Source: Candidatus Aldehydirespirator sp.
Lineage (GTDB): Bacteria > Actinomycetota > Acidimicrobiia > Acidimicrobiales > Aldehydirespiratoraceae
NCBI GenBank assembly: GCA_965221185.1
Contig: OZ244866.1
Location: 534,901-598,900, forward strand
Direction: 5' to 3'
Length of the DNA stretch: 64,000 nt
Shown here: in pieces, positions 17,135-26,830 of the stretch
Position numbering within the stretch: position 1 is the stretch's first letter
Layout of the letters: each line of letters opens with the position of its first letter
Notes under the pieces: model-generated
What the model was told of the DNA's origin: nothing
The model's database searches: none
What the model saw: only the letters and a program-made list of their open reading frames with translations
Program-made: the position numbers and the translations under genes

Positions 17135-19024
17135 ATGTCTGCTCGACAGATTCACAAGCGTTCGGCGTGCTGGTTGGCGGTACTCCTGGCGCTCGCTCTG
17201 ATGGCCTCCGCTTGTGGAGGCGGTGACGGCGGGGGCGAGTCGCAACCCTCTCAGGCTGTCGAGACCACCGAGACGGCCGCTCCGTCGGAGCCGGTCGACT
17301 CCGGTGACGATGACGGTGACGATGACGGTGACAGTGCTGGTGCCACCGAAGAGGAGCCCGCGCCCACCGACACCGAGCCCGAGACAGTGCAGGAGCAGGA
17401 ACCGCTGGTCGCCCCGGTGGACACCACAACCACCACGACTCCACCGGCCCCATCAGAGGACGGCGAAGTGGCCCCCGAGGCCCCGGCCGAGCCCGAGCCG
17501 CAGTTCGGCGGCACGCTCCGGGTAGGTATCGAGGCCGAGAGCGACGGCCTCAACCCCGCGGCCAACAACTTCGCGGTGTCGGCCTACATCATGACCTACC
17601 CGATATTCGACCCGCTCACCTACTACGACAAGCAGGGCAACTGGGTCCCCGTTCTGGCCGAGTCGTGGACCAAGATCGGCGACGGCACGAACTGGCACAT
17701 GAAGCTGCGGGAAGGAATCCGCTTCCACGACGGCACCGAGCTCGAAGCCGACGATGTGGTCGCGACGTTTACGGCGCAGCTCGCTGATCCGGTCATCTCG
17801 CTGGCGTTCAAGCCCGGGTTCGACCCCGACGAGCCCTTCCGCAAGATCGACGACTACACCGTCGAGTACAGGGGCGTGAGGCCCTCGGCTCGGCTCCCGA
17901 TCTATTTCGCTAGTCAGCTCGGGATGATCCTGCCGTCGGAGTGGATCGAGCGAGCCCTTGCAGATCCCTCCCTGAACCAGATGCCCGTCGGCACCGGTCC
18001 GTTCATGATCGAGAGCCGGGTGCAGGACGAGAAGACCGTGCTGGTTCGCAACCCCGACTACTGGGCGGCCGACATAACGGACATCTACCTCGAGAGTATT
18101 GAGATCCATCCGATCACCGACACCGCCATCGCTGCGGAGCGGCTGGCCGCGGGGGACCTCGACCTGATAGTCACGCCCAACGCCGAAGCCACCCTCACGC
18201 TGCGAGAAGCTGCGGACCGAGGGGTGGTGACCTTCGAGAACCAGCGCTCCGAGGAGTCGTTCGCGGTCATCAACACGGAGAAACCGCCGTTCGACGACAT
18301 CCGGGCCCGCCAGGCCCTGACGTTCGCCACCGACCGGGACGCCTACGTGGAGTTGATCCGCCAGGGCACCGCACCGGCGGCCGACAGCATGTTCCATCCC
18401 GACTTGGTCTGGCACAACCCCAACGTGAAGCAGGAGACGAACATGCCCGAGCGGGCCGGGCCGGTCGTCGCGTCCTACTGCGCCGACAATCCCGGCAACT
18501 GCTCGGGAGGCAAGATCAACATGGAGTACACGTATGCGGGCCCGTCGGTGGAGAACACCCGGGTCACCGATCTGCTGATCAACTCCTGGGACGATTTCTT
18601 CAACGTCACCTCGATCGAGGTGCTTCAGGACGACCTGATCGTCCACGTGGTGCTGGGCAACTACAACGTGGTCGGCTGGCGGCAGTTCGGGGACGTCGAT
18701 CCCGACAACGACGTGCTGTGGATGGAGTGCGGAACGATCGGGTTCATCGCATTGAACTTCCCCCGCTACTGCAGCGAAGAGCGCGACGAGTTGATGTACG
18801 AGCAGAGACGCATCGACGACCTAGACCGGCGGGTGGAGATCTGGCACCGGATCCAGGAGATCGTCCGCGACTCCTACTCCTACATCTTCTACCACCACGC
18901 CAACTGGGTGATCGGAGCCCGGGACAACGTGCACAACGTCTGCGGACAGATCTCGCCGGAAGGTGACGAGTTGTTCTGCAACAACCAGGGCAGGATCTGG
19001 CTGAACCAGCTCTGGCTCAGTTAG
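17135..19024 (+). CDS. ABC transporter substrate-binding lipoprotein, family 5, paralog 2
   Basis: AGGAGGG RBS and lipobox LMASAC. The body is collinear and highly similar to the 15167 gene (FGGTLRVGIEAESDGLNPAANNFAVSAY..). Confidence 0.8.
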   Translation: MSARQIHKRSACWLAVLLALALMASACGGGDGGGESQPSQAVETTETAAPSEPVDSGDDDGDDDGDSAGATEEEPAPTDTEPETVQEQEPLVAPVDTTTTTTPPAPSEDGEVAPEAPAEPEPQFGGTLRVGIEAESDGLNPAANNFAVSAYIMTYPIFDPLTYYDKQGNWVPVLAESWTKIGDGTNWHMKLREGIRFHDGTELEADDVVATFTAQLADPVISLAFKPGFDPDEPFRKIDDYTVEYRGVRPSARLPIYFASQLGMILPSEWIERALADPSLNQMPVGTGPFMIESRVQDEKTVLVRNPDYWAADITDIYLESIEIHPITDTAIAAERLAAGDLDLIVTPNAEATLTLREAADRGVVTFENQRSEESFAVINTEKPPFDDIRARQALTFATDRDAYVELIRQGTAPAADSMFHPDLVWHNPNVKQETNMPERAGPVVASYCADNPGNCSGGKINMEYTYAGPSVENTRVTDLLINSWDDFFNVTSIEVLQDDLIVHVVLGNYNVVGWRQFGDVDPDNDVLWMECGTIGFIALNFPRYCSEERDELMYEQRRIDDLDRRVEIWHRIQEIVRDSYSYIFYHHANWVIGARDNVHNVCGQISPEGDELFCNNQGRIWLNQLWLS

Positions 19025-19307
19025 CGGATCACTGACTCGGCGAAGGCGGCGGCCGCGACGACGTCCACAACATCTGCGGGCAGGCGTCCCCCCACGGCAC
19101 CGAGCTATGGTGCAACGACTCGGGGCTGGTGCTGCTGGACGGAGTCTGGCTGAGCTAGGCGGCGGACTCCAGGGATGGGGCTGCGGATGTTGCGGTTGGC
19201 GGGCACGACCTCCTGGACAGTAGTAATCTCCCCGCGGAGTGGCTGCCGGAGTTGACCTGGGTAATGCCTCGATGAGCGTGCTGCGGCGGTCGAGGCGGTA
19301 GAGGCTC

Positions 19308-20306
19308 GTGGCGAGGTTCCTGTTGCGACGGCTGGCGTTGCTGGTGGCTGTGCTGTTCGCGGTCACGTTCCTCGGGTTCTCGGCCATGAACCTGCTGGGC
19401 GACCCGCTCCTGAACGTGGTGGGTGTGCTGGCCGAGCTCGACTGTGAGGGCATCGAGGCCGGCACGGTCCAGGACACGACGGTGGATGTTGCCAGCAACG
19501 ACTGCGAGACCGTGGCCGCGGCTAGGGCCGAGTATCACCTCGACCGGCCGGTTCCCGTCCGCTACGTGCTGTGGCTGCGCGACATGGCCACCGGGGACTT
19601 CGGCACGTCGTTCCAGAACGACCAGCCGGTGAGGCAGGTGATCATCGAGAAGCTGCCCGAGACGCTGATCCTGCTGGTGATGGCCCAGATCGTCTCGCTG
19701 GGTGTGGCCATCCCGTGGGGTGTGATCGCGGCCTACCGAGCGAACCGGGCCTTCGACCGCGGCTCCACCGTGGCGTCGTTCGGCCTGCTGTCGATCCCCA
19801 ACTTCGCGCTGGGGGTGGTGCTGCTGTACGTGCTGGCGCTGCGATGGCAGATCTTCCCGTCGGCCTACGAGAGCGACACCCCCGGCGGGCTCGTCTTCTC
19901 CATGGTCCTGCCCGCCCTCACGCTCGGCCTGCCCTTGGCGGCCAGCTACCAGCGGCTGCTGCGCACCGACTTGATCACCACGCTGCAGGAGGACTTCGTG
20001 CACATGGCGCGAGCCAAGGGCCTGCCGCCGATGCGGATCATGTTCAGGCACGCCCTGCGGCCGTCGCTGTTCTCGGTGGTGACCGTCTTCGGCGTCAGCA
20101 CCGGGGCCCTGATCGGTGGGGCGCTGGTGGTGGAGCGGATCTTCGGCATACCGGGGATCGGCAGGGAGATTGTGACCGCGGTGGTCCGCGACGACTTCCC
20201 GGTGGTGCTGTCGATCGTGATGCTGGTCGCATGCACGTTCGTGGTGATCAACTTCCTGGTGGACCTGTTCTACACCTGGCTAGACCCGAGGGTGAGGGCC
20301 CGATGA
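19308..20306 (+). CDS. ABC transporter permease (DppB/OppB-like)
   Basis: 332-aa polytopic protein with the RYVLWL.. and EDFVHMARAKGL motifs of DppB-type permeases. Confidence 0.8.
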   Translation: MARFLLRRLALLVAVLFAVTFLGFSAMNLLGDPLLNVVGVLAELDCEGIEAGTVQDTTVDVASNDCETVAAARAEYHLDRPVPVRYVLWLRDMATGDFGTSFQNDQPVRQVIIEKLPETLILLVMAQIVSLGVAIPWGVIAAYRANRAFDRGSTVASFGLLSIPNFALGVVLLYVLALRWQIFPSAYESDTPGGLVFSMVLPALTLGLPLAASYQRLLRTDLITTLQEDFVHMARAKGLPPMRIMFRHALRPSLFSVVTVFGVSTGALIGGALVVERIFGIPGIGREIVTAVVRDDFPVVLSIVMLVACTFVVINFLVDLFYTWLDPRVRAR

Positions 20307-21262
20307 GCGCCGAGGGCAAGCCATCCCGCAAGGGCAGGGCGTCCCGGCAGCGTCTGCTCCAGCGGTTCCGGATCCTGCGGATGATGCGGTCGGGGAGGAC
20401 CCCCGAGACCGGCGGCGAGAGCGACGACGCAGCGGTGCGTCGCCGCCTCGGCGTGGGCTTCTGGCTGGCGATGGTCTGGCTTGTGGTCATGGCGTTCGTA
20501 GCGCTGTTCGCTCCCTTGCTGCCGATCGCCGACCCAACCGAGGTGGGGTTCGGGGGCGCACGCGAGTCGCCCTCGTTCGACGCCTGGTTCGGCACCGACG
20601 CCCTAGGTCGCGACGTGTTCTCCCGCACCATGCACGGCGCCCGCATCAGCCTGGCTGTGGGCGGGTTCGCCATCGTGTTCGGCATGGTGGTCGGGGGCGC
20701 GCTGGGAATCCTGGCCGGCTACTTCCGCGGCCGCCTCGACCAGGCCGTCGGCTTCGTGTTCTTCGTGCTGCTGTCGTTCCCGGCGCTGGTGCTCGCCATC
20801 CTGATCACCGCCACCCTCGAGCGCAGCCTGCTGGTGGTAAGTCTCACCATCGGCATCCTGGCGGTGGCGCCCGTCGGCTTGCTGTCACGGGCCTCCACCC
20901 TGGTGTACGCGGAGCGCGAGTTCGTGTCCGCGGCCCGGGTGCTCGGAGCCAGGCACGGCCGCATCATCGTGCGCGAGCTGCTGCCCAACGTGGTGATCCC
21001 CATGGGGGCGCTCACCCTCCTCGGTATGGCCCTCGCAGTGGTCGCCGAGGGCTCGCTCGCCTTCCTGGGCCTGTCGGTGGAGGGCGACGATGCCATCTCC
21101 TGGGGCAAGATGATCGTCGACGGCGCGGGGATTCGCGATCTGCAGAACTCCTCCCACGTGGCCATGTTGCCGGTCGTGGTGATGTTCGTCACGGTGCTTG
21201 CGCTGAACTTTGCCGGCGATCGCATCCGCCAGTACTACGACGTGAAGGAGCTGGCCTTCTGA
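20303..21262 (+). CDS. ABC transporter permease (DppC/OppC-like)
   Basis: ATG at 20303 overlaps the previous stop (ATGA). It corresponds to the C-terminal 319 aa of ORF 19571..21262 and has the EFVSAARVLGA motif. Confidence 0.8.
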   Translation: MSAEGKPSRKGRASRQRLLQRFRILRMMRSGRTPETGGESDDAAVRRRLGVGFWLAMVWLVVMAFVALFAPLLPIADPTEVGFGGARESPSFDAWFGTDALGRDVFSRTMHGARISLAVGGFAIVFGMVVGGALGILAGYFRGRLDQAVGFVFFVLLSFPALVLAILITATLERSLLVVSLTIGILAVAPVGLLSRASTLVYAEREFVSAARVLGARHGRIIVRELLPNVVIPMGALTLLGMALAVVAEGSLAFLGLSVEGDDAISWGKMIVDGAGIRDLQNSSHVAMLPVVVMFVTVLALNFAGDRIRQYYDVKELAF

Positions 21263-22344
21263 TGGCCGCGGAGCAGGCACCGGCGCCCGTCCCGCTCCTG
21301 TCGGTGCGCGACCTGCATGTGCGGTTCCCCACCGAGCGGGGCACGGTCAACGCGGTCAACGGCGTCAGCTTCGACCTGTACGAGGGCCAGACCATCGCCA
21401 TCGTGGGGGAGTCGGGATCGGGCAAATCGGTCACGGCCAAGACCCTCATGAACCTGCTGCCCCGAAGCGCACGAGTGAGCGGGGACGTGCTCTACGACGG
21501 CCAGGATGTTCGCGCCCTGGCTGCCGCAGGCACGAAACACTTCTTCGGCGTGCAGATGACGATGGTCTTCCAGGACCCGATGACGTCGCTCAACCCGGTC
21601 AAGAGGGTGGGGGAGCAGATTGCCGAGACCCTCCGCTACCACCTCGGCCGTAAGAGGCGCGAGGCCCTGGATGAAGCCGAGGACCTGCTCGATCAGGTGG
21701 GCGTGCCGGAGCCGGCGCGGAGGGTGTCTCAGTACCCCCACGAATTGTCGGGCGGGCTGCGCCAGCGGGTGGTGATCGCCATGGCGCTGGCCTGCCAGCC
21801 CCGGCTGCTGATCGCGGACGAGCCCACCACCGCGGTGGACGTGACCGTGCAGAAGCACCTGCTGGATCTGCTCGACGAGCTGCGCCGGCAGCGGGGGATG
21901 TCGTTGATCCTCATCACTCACGACCTCGGCGTTGCCCACGGCCGTGCTGACGACGTGGCCGTCATGTACGCGGGCCGCATCGTGGAGACAGCCGACGCTC
22001 GCACGCTCTTCTTCGACATGCGTCATCCCTACACCGAGGCGCTGCTGCGCTCGATCCCCCGCATTGAGGATCCCGTCCATCATCGGCTCGATCCCATCCC
22101 GGGCCGACCGCCCGAGCTGATAGACCCGCCCGAGGAGTGCGCTTACGCTCCCCGCTGCATCTACGCGCAGGCCGACTGCCTCGAAGGCGTTCCCGAGCTG
22201 AGCGGGCTGGTCGGCCTGCATCGCTTCGCCTGCCTTCATCCGACGGGCACCGAGCGCGGCGCGGCCGCGCTGGCAGCCAACAAGGCTGCTGGCACCACCG
22301 CGGCAGGTCTGGCCGTGCCCGAAGTCCAGACAGGGATCAGCTGA
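21262..22344 (+). CDS. ABC transporter ATP-binding protein (DppD/OppD-like)
   Basis: [20 protein letters not shown] and [12 protein letters not shown], plus a C-terminal oligopeptide-type extension. Confidence 0.85.
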   Translation: MAAEQAPAPVPLLSVRDLHVRFPTERGTVNAVNGVSFDLYEGQTIAIVGESGSGKSVTAKTLMNLLPRSARVSGDVLYDGQDVRALAAAGTKHFFGVQMTMVFQDPMTSLNPVKRVGEQIAETLRYHLGRKRREALDEAEDLLDQVGVPEPARRVSQYPHELSGGLRQRVVIAMALACQPRLLIADEPTTAVDVTVQKHLLDLLDELRRQRGMSLILITHDLGVAHGRADDVAVMYAGRIVETADARTLFFDMRHPYTEALLRSIPRIEDPVHHRLDPIPGRPPELIDPPEECAYAPRCIYAQADCLEGVPELSGLVGLHRFACLHPTGTERGAAALAANKAAGTTAAGLAVPEVQTGIS

Positions 22345-23360
22345 TGGCCGGGACGGGCCATGCCCAGCTGCGCGACCACGACGACGTGCTGCTGAGCGTC
22401 AAGGATCTCGTGGTGCAGTTTCCTGCGGGCCGCAAGCGCGTTGTGCACGCCGTGTCGAAGGTGACCTTCGACGTGGCGGAGGGAGAGACCCTCGGCATCG
22501 TGGGGGAGTCCGGCTGCGGAAAATCCACCGTGGCCCGGGCCATCATCCGCCTGGTGGACATCACCGCAGGGGAGGTGCGCTTCCAGGACCAGGATCTTGC
22601 CAGCCTCGAAGGCGAGGAGCTGCGCAAGGTGCGGCCCAACCTGCAGATGATCTTCCAGGACCCGATCTCGTCGCTGAACCCCCGCCGTCGGGTGCGCGAC
22701 GTGATCGGCGAGGGCCTGGCCGTGTGGGGCGACGAGATCGGATCCTGGAGCATTGACCGCATAGACGAGCTGATGGAAGCGGTCGGCGTGGAGGCCCGTT
22801 TCGGCGATCGGCGCCCGCACGAGTTCTCCGGTGGCCAGTGCCAGCGCATAGGCATCGCCCGGGCGCTGGCGCTCGACCCCAAGGTGCTGATCTGCGACGA
22901 GCCGGTGTCCGCGCTCGACGTGTCCATCCAGGCCCAGATCCTGAACCTGATCCAGGACATGAAGAGTCGCTACGGGCTGACCGTGCTGTTCATCTCGCAC
23001 GACCTGGCAGTGGTCAAGAACGTCGGCGACCGGATCGTGGTCATGTACCTGGGCAAGGTGTGCGAGATCGGCAGCACCGAGGAGATCTACTTCCGTCCCG
23101 CCCATCCCTACACCCGGGCGCTGCTGGCCTCCATTCCCGAGCCGGCCCCCACCGTGGACGTGAGCGAGGGCGACATTGGCGACGAGCTGCCTTCAGCGAC
23201 GGCCCCTCCGAGCGGCTGCCGCTTCCATACTCGCTGCCCGAGGGCTACCGACGTCTGCCGGGATGTTGAGCCGATCAGCGAGCAGATCGGCGAGGCGGAC
23301 CACTATGTCGCCTGCCACCATCCCGTGGCGGTGGAGGTCAGCGCCGGCTCGCGGGATTGA
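22344..23360 (+). CDS. ABC transporter ATP-binding protein (DppF/OppF-like)
   Basis: ATG at 22344 overlaps the previous stop. Motifs are GESGCGKST, FSGGQCQRIGIA and VLICDEPVSALD. Confidence 0.85.
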   Translation: MAGTGHAQLRDHDDVLLSVKDLVVQFPAGRKRVVHAVSKVTFDVAEGETLGIVGESGCGKSTVARAIIRLVDITAGEVRFQDQDLASLEGEELRKVRPNLQMIFQDPISSLNPRRRVRDVIGEGLAVWGDEIGSWSIDRIDELMEAVGVEARFGDRRPHEFSGGQCQRIGIARALALDPKVLICDEPVSALDVSIQAQILNLIQDMKSRYGLTVLFISHDLAVVKNVGDRIVVMYLGKVCEIGSTEEIYFRPAHPYTRALLASIPEPAPTVDVSEGDIGDELPSATAPPSGCRFHTRCPRATDVCRDVEPISEQIGEADHYVACHHPVAVEVSAGSRD

Positions 23361-23361
23361 C

Positions 23362-25182
23362 CTAGGTAGCGCACTCCGAGGCGCCCGTCTCCACCGTGTA
23401 GGGACTGGTCTCGTCGAAGTCGATATAGAACGACGGGTCGGCTTCGTAGGCGGGGAACTCGTCGAGGTCCTTGAGGCCCTCGGCCACGGCCCGGGCTCCG
23501 CCGGCGCGCTGCATCCAGTCCCGGAACTTCTCCTCGGCTTGGCGTTCCTCGGTGAAGCGCCGGATCACCCGGGCGGTGGCCTCGGGAGCGTTTCGGGCGG
23601 GCAGGCGCAGGGCCTTGGCGCCGAAGTGCATCTGCTCCTGGCCGATGTAGCCGCCGAGCAGCATCTGGTAGCCGGGCGCGCTACGGCCGTTGGCTCGGCG
23701 CTCGGCCCCCATGAAGCCGATGTCAGAGGCGTGGTGCTGGCCGCAGGAGTTGGGGCACCCCGAGATGTTGATGCGCACTCCGCCCACGTCGGCCAGTCCC
23801 TCCTCCTCGAGTCTCTCGCCTATGGCGTGGCCCAGGCCCCGGCTCTGGGTGACGGCCAGGTTGCAGGTGTCCGAGCCCGGGCATGCCACCACGTCTCGTG
23901 AGAGTTCAGCTCCCGGCCGAGCCATGCCCATGGCGCTCAGGCGGTCGTATACGAGTGGCAGGTCGTCGGCGTGGAGGCCCCGAAACACCGCGTTCTGGCG
24001 GTTGGTCAATCGCACGTCCGCCCCTAGGTCCCGCTGCAGGTGGGCCAGATCCCGGAACTGATCGCCGGTGATGTCGCCCAGTGGGGCCTGCGCGTACACC
24101 GACACGGTCCCGTCGGCTATGCCCCGCACCACGTTGGCCCGGTCCCAGCGCTCGTATTCGGTTCCGATACCGATGCTGACCGGCGTGCCCTGACCGATCG
24201 TGGTGATCGTGTCGGGATCGCCCGCGCCGGCCGGGTCGTCGCCGTCGACCTGCACCTCGGTCGGGATCCCGCCCGGCCATGACGTCGACGCGACCAAGAA
24301 CTTGCGCTGGGCGAACACCCGGCGCTGCACCTCCTCGAAACCGAGGGTGTCCACCAGCCACTTCATGCGGGCCCGCAGCTTGTTGTCCCGGTTGCCGGCC
24401 TGGTCGAACACCCTCAGGCAGGCCTCGATGGTTGGCAGCAGGTCCTCGCGGGCCGTGAAGTCCTCGAGGGCGAGCGCAGGGTGCGGCGTGGTGCCGAGGC
24501 CGCCCGCGATGAACACCCGGAAGCCGCTCTCGGGCGTGCCGTCGGCGCCCTGCCGCACGGCGCCGATGACGCCCACGTCGTTGAACATGGCCTGGCCGCA
24601 GTCGGACTCGCAGCCCGAGAAGTTGATCTTGAACTTGCGGGGCAGGCGCTGGCTGATCGGGTTGCGCACGAAGTGCCGGTAGGCGGCCTCGGCCCACGGC
24701 GTGATGTCGAGCTTCTCGTGCGGGCAGGCGCCGGCCAGGTGGCAGCCCTGGACGTTGCGAACCGTGTCGCCGCAGGCCTCCCGGGTGGTGAGGCCCACCG
24801 ACGCCAGATGCTCGAGCACCTCGGGGATCCGATCGAGCTGGACGTAGTGGAACTGGATGTTCTGGCGGGTGGTGATGTGGCCCCAGCCCCGGCTGTAGTT
24901 GTCGACCAGCCAGCCCATCATCTCAAGCTGCTCGGGTCTGATCGAGCCGTAGGGCACCTTCACCCGCACCATCTGGTTGGTGCCGCCCTGGCGCTGGCCG
25001 TAGATGCCGTTGTTGAGCCGGAAGACGCGGAACACCTCGTCGCTGAGGTCGCCGGCACGGTTTCGCTCGAGCATCTCGACGAACTTGTCGATGTCGACCC
25101 GCATCGCGGGATCCACAGGTCCGCTGGCAGGAGGCGGATCGGAGGGTGTGGGCGGCGCGATGCGCGGCTCCAGCAGGGTCAT
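23362..25182 (-). CDS. sirA: Ferredoxin-dependent sulfite (nitrite) reductase, siroheme/4Fe-4S
   Basis: ATG at 25182 follows AAGGAG. The translation has TTRQNIQFHY, GDTVRNVQGC and the cluster Cys motif CPGSDTCNLA..ISGCPNSCGQHH. Confidence 0.8.
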   Translation of the reverse strand: MTLLEPRIAPPTPSDPPPASGPVDPAMRVDIDKFVEMLERNRAGDLSDEVFRVFRLNNGIYGQRQGGTNQMVRVKVPYGSIRPEQLEMMGWLVDNYSRGWGHITTRQNIQFHYVQLDRIPEVLEHLASVGLTTREACGDTVRNVQGCHLAGACPHEKLDITPWAEAAYRHFVRNPISQRLPRKFKINFSGCESDCGQAMFNDVGVIGAVRQGADGTPESGFRVFIAGGLGTTPHPALALEDFTAREDLLPTIEACLRVFDQAGNRDNKLRARMKWLVDTLGFEEVQRRVFAQRKFLVASTSWPGGIPTEVQVDGDDPAGAGDPDTITTIGQGTPVSIGIGTEYERWDRANVVRGIADGTVSVYAQAPLGDITGDQFRDLAHLQRDLGADVRLTNRQNAVFRGLHADDLPLVYDRLSAMGMARPGAELSRDVVACPGSDTCNLAVTQSRGLGHAIGERLEEEGLADVGGVRINISGCPNSCGQHHASDIGFMGAERRANGRSAPGYQMLLGGYIGQEQMHFGAKALRLPARNAPEATARVIRRFTEERQAEEKFRDWMQRAGGARAVAEGLKDLDEFPAYEADPSFYIDFDETSPYTVETGASECAT

Positions 25183-26012
25183 GGCAGAGCTCCTTGGGCT
25201 GTCAGGGCGCTGGGCGCGCTCAATTCTCCGGCGGCGCCGCGCGGGGCGAGATTTTCGCCGCAGGGGTCTTGTGTCGGGGCGCCGGAGGCGCCGAGTTCGG
25301 ACAGGGCGAGCACGTCGGCGGCCGCGACCGCTCCCACGACGATGGTGGCCGGGCTGCGGACCCGAAGCCGGCGCAGTCCCTCCAGGTTGGTGCGTTCGAT
25401 GCGCTGCGTCGAGGTTGTGGCCGCACTGATCGCCGCTACGGGCGTGTCGTCCTCCATCCCGCCGGCTCGCAGCCGGTCGGCGATCTGTTCGACTCGGGCC
25501 GCCCCCATCAGGATCACCAGGGTGGTGCCTGCTCGGGCCAGCGCGTCCCAGTCGAGCCAACTACCTGACGACGGATCCTGGTGGGCGGTCACCACGGTGA
25601 AGCCGCTGGCGACGCCTCTCATGGTTACGGGGATGCCTGCCGCGGCCGGCGCGGCCACCGCAGAGGTCACTCCGGGGACCACCTCGACGTCGATGCCGGC
25701 CGACCCGAGAGCAGTGGCCTCCTCGCCGCCGCGCCCGAACACGAACGGGTCGCCACCCTTGAGCCGCACGACGCAGGCAAAGCGTTGCCCCCGGTCGGCC
25801 AGGACGGCGTTGATGCTGGCTTGGGACGGGCTCGGCGCTCCGGGCGTCTTGCCCACGCAGATGAGTTCCGCCCATGGCGGAGCGAGGTCCAGCACCGCGG
25901 GGTCCACCAGCCGGTCGTAGACAACCGCGTCGGCCCGGCGCAGCAGGTTCACGGCCCGGACGGTCAGCAGTTCCGGATCGCCGGGCCCTGCACCTACGAG
26001 ATGTACCGTCAC
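25179..26012 (-). CDS. cobA: Uroporphyrinogen-III C-methyltransferase (SUMT)
   Basis: GTG at 26012 (GTGA overlap with the upstream gene). Motifs are VHLVGAGPGDPELLT, YDRLV, RLKGGDPFVFGRGGEE and VPGVTSA. Confidence 0.85.
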   Translation of the reverse strand: MTVHLVGAGPGDPELLTVRAVNLLRRADAVVYDRLVDPAVLDLAPPWAELICVGKTPGAPSPSQASINAVLADRGQRFACVVRLKGGDPFVFGRGGEEATALGSAGIDVEVVPGVTSAVAAPAAAGIPVTMRGVASGFTVVTAHQDPSSGSWLDWDALARAGTTLVILMGAARVEQIADRLRAGGMEDDTPVAAISAATTSTQRIERTNLEGLRRLRVRSPATIVVGAVAAADVLALSELGASGAPTQDPCGENLAPRGAAGELSAPSALTAQGALP

Positions 26013-26674
26013 GACGCCATCGCTTCGGCTGGGGCGGGCTGGCGCACGTCCAGGCCCAGATGCCGCCACAGGCGGGAACGGGCCTCTTCTGTGCGCCCGA
26101 CCCTCATGAGTTCCAGCAACCCGTCGTCCAGCGCGGTTTCCCAGCCCGCCACCTCGGACGATCCGAAGTAGGCCCGGGCCTCGGCCCTCGCCTCGCTCAG
26201 CAATTCCAGCAGGGCCGCGTAGCCGGAGTCGATCTCTCGCTCGATGCGGCGGCGGAGCCAGCGGGCCAGGGCAGGGCTGCGGCCACCGGTGGACACCGCC
26301 ACCTGCAGGTCGCCGCGCCGGGCCACCGACGGCAGCGTGAAAGTGCAGTTGGCCGGGTCGTCGGCTGAGTTGACGAAGACGTTGGCGGCCTGGCAGTCGC
26401 TGGCCACCAGGGAGTTGACCGCCGGGTCATTGGTGGCGGTCACGACCAGTCGGTAGGAGCCTGCCTCTGGTGGCCGGTACATCCGTCGCTGCCAGGTGAC
26501 ATCAGGATCCTCTGCGATCGCGTCGACCGCGGCGGGCGCCACGACGGTTACACGGGCTCCGGCTCGCAGCAGCGCCTCCACCTTGCGGGCCGCGATCGGA
26601 CCGCCGCCGACAACCAGGACGGGCTGTCCGGCGAGGCACAGGTTCACTGGGTAGGGGACTGGGGTGCTTGACAT
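26009..26674 (-). CDS. Precorrin-2 dehydrogenase / sirohydrochlorin ferrochelatase (SirC / CysG N-terminal-domain type)
   Basis: ATG at 26674 (MSSTPVPYPVNL..). It has VLVVGGGPIAARKVEALLRAGARVTVVAP and VSTGGRSPALARWLR. Confidence 0.75.
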   Translation of the reverse strand: MSSTPVPYPVNLCLAGQPVLVVGGGPIAARKVEALLRAGARVTVVAPAAVDAIAEDPDVTWQRRMYRPPEAGSYRLVVTATNDPAVNSLVASDCQAANVFVNSADDPANCTFTLPSVARRGDLQVAVSTGGRSPALARWLRRRIEREIDSGYAALLELLSEARAEARAYFGSSEVAGWETALDDGLLELMRVGRTEEARSRLWRHLGLDVRQPAPAEAMAS

Positions 26675-26830
26675 CTGAATACGATAATTCCGATAAGATA
26701 AGTCGGGATTCAGGGAGGGTAGCGCACCCGCGGGCGCAATACAACACAAACCCGATCAGATTTATCGGGATTGATGGCCGGGCGGCACCACCTACCGGCG
26801 CTGCCTCATGGGCCGCCGGGTCTGAAATCG
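26675..26830 (-). promoter_or_regulatory. AT-rich control region upstream of the sirC-cobA-sulfite reductase operon
   Basis: All elements below are read on the minus strand. There is a CCCGAT-N7-ATCGGG hairpin followed by TTTGTGTTGT. AATCCCGA occurs twice and TTATC three times. A TATCGT box ends 6 nt before the ATG, and there is no SD. Confidence 0.35.
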
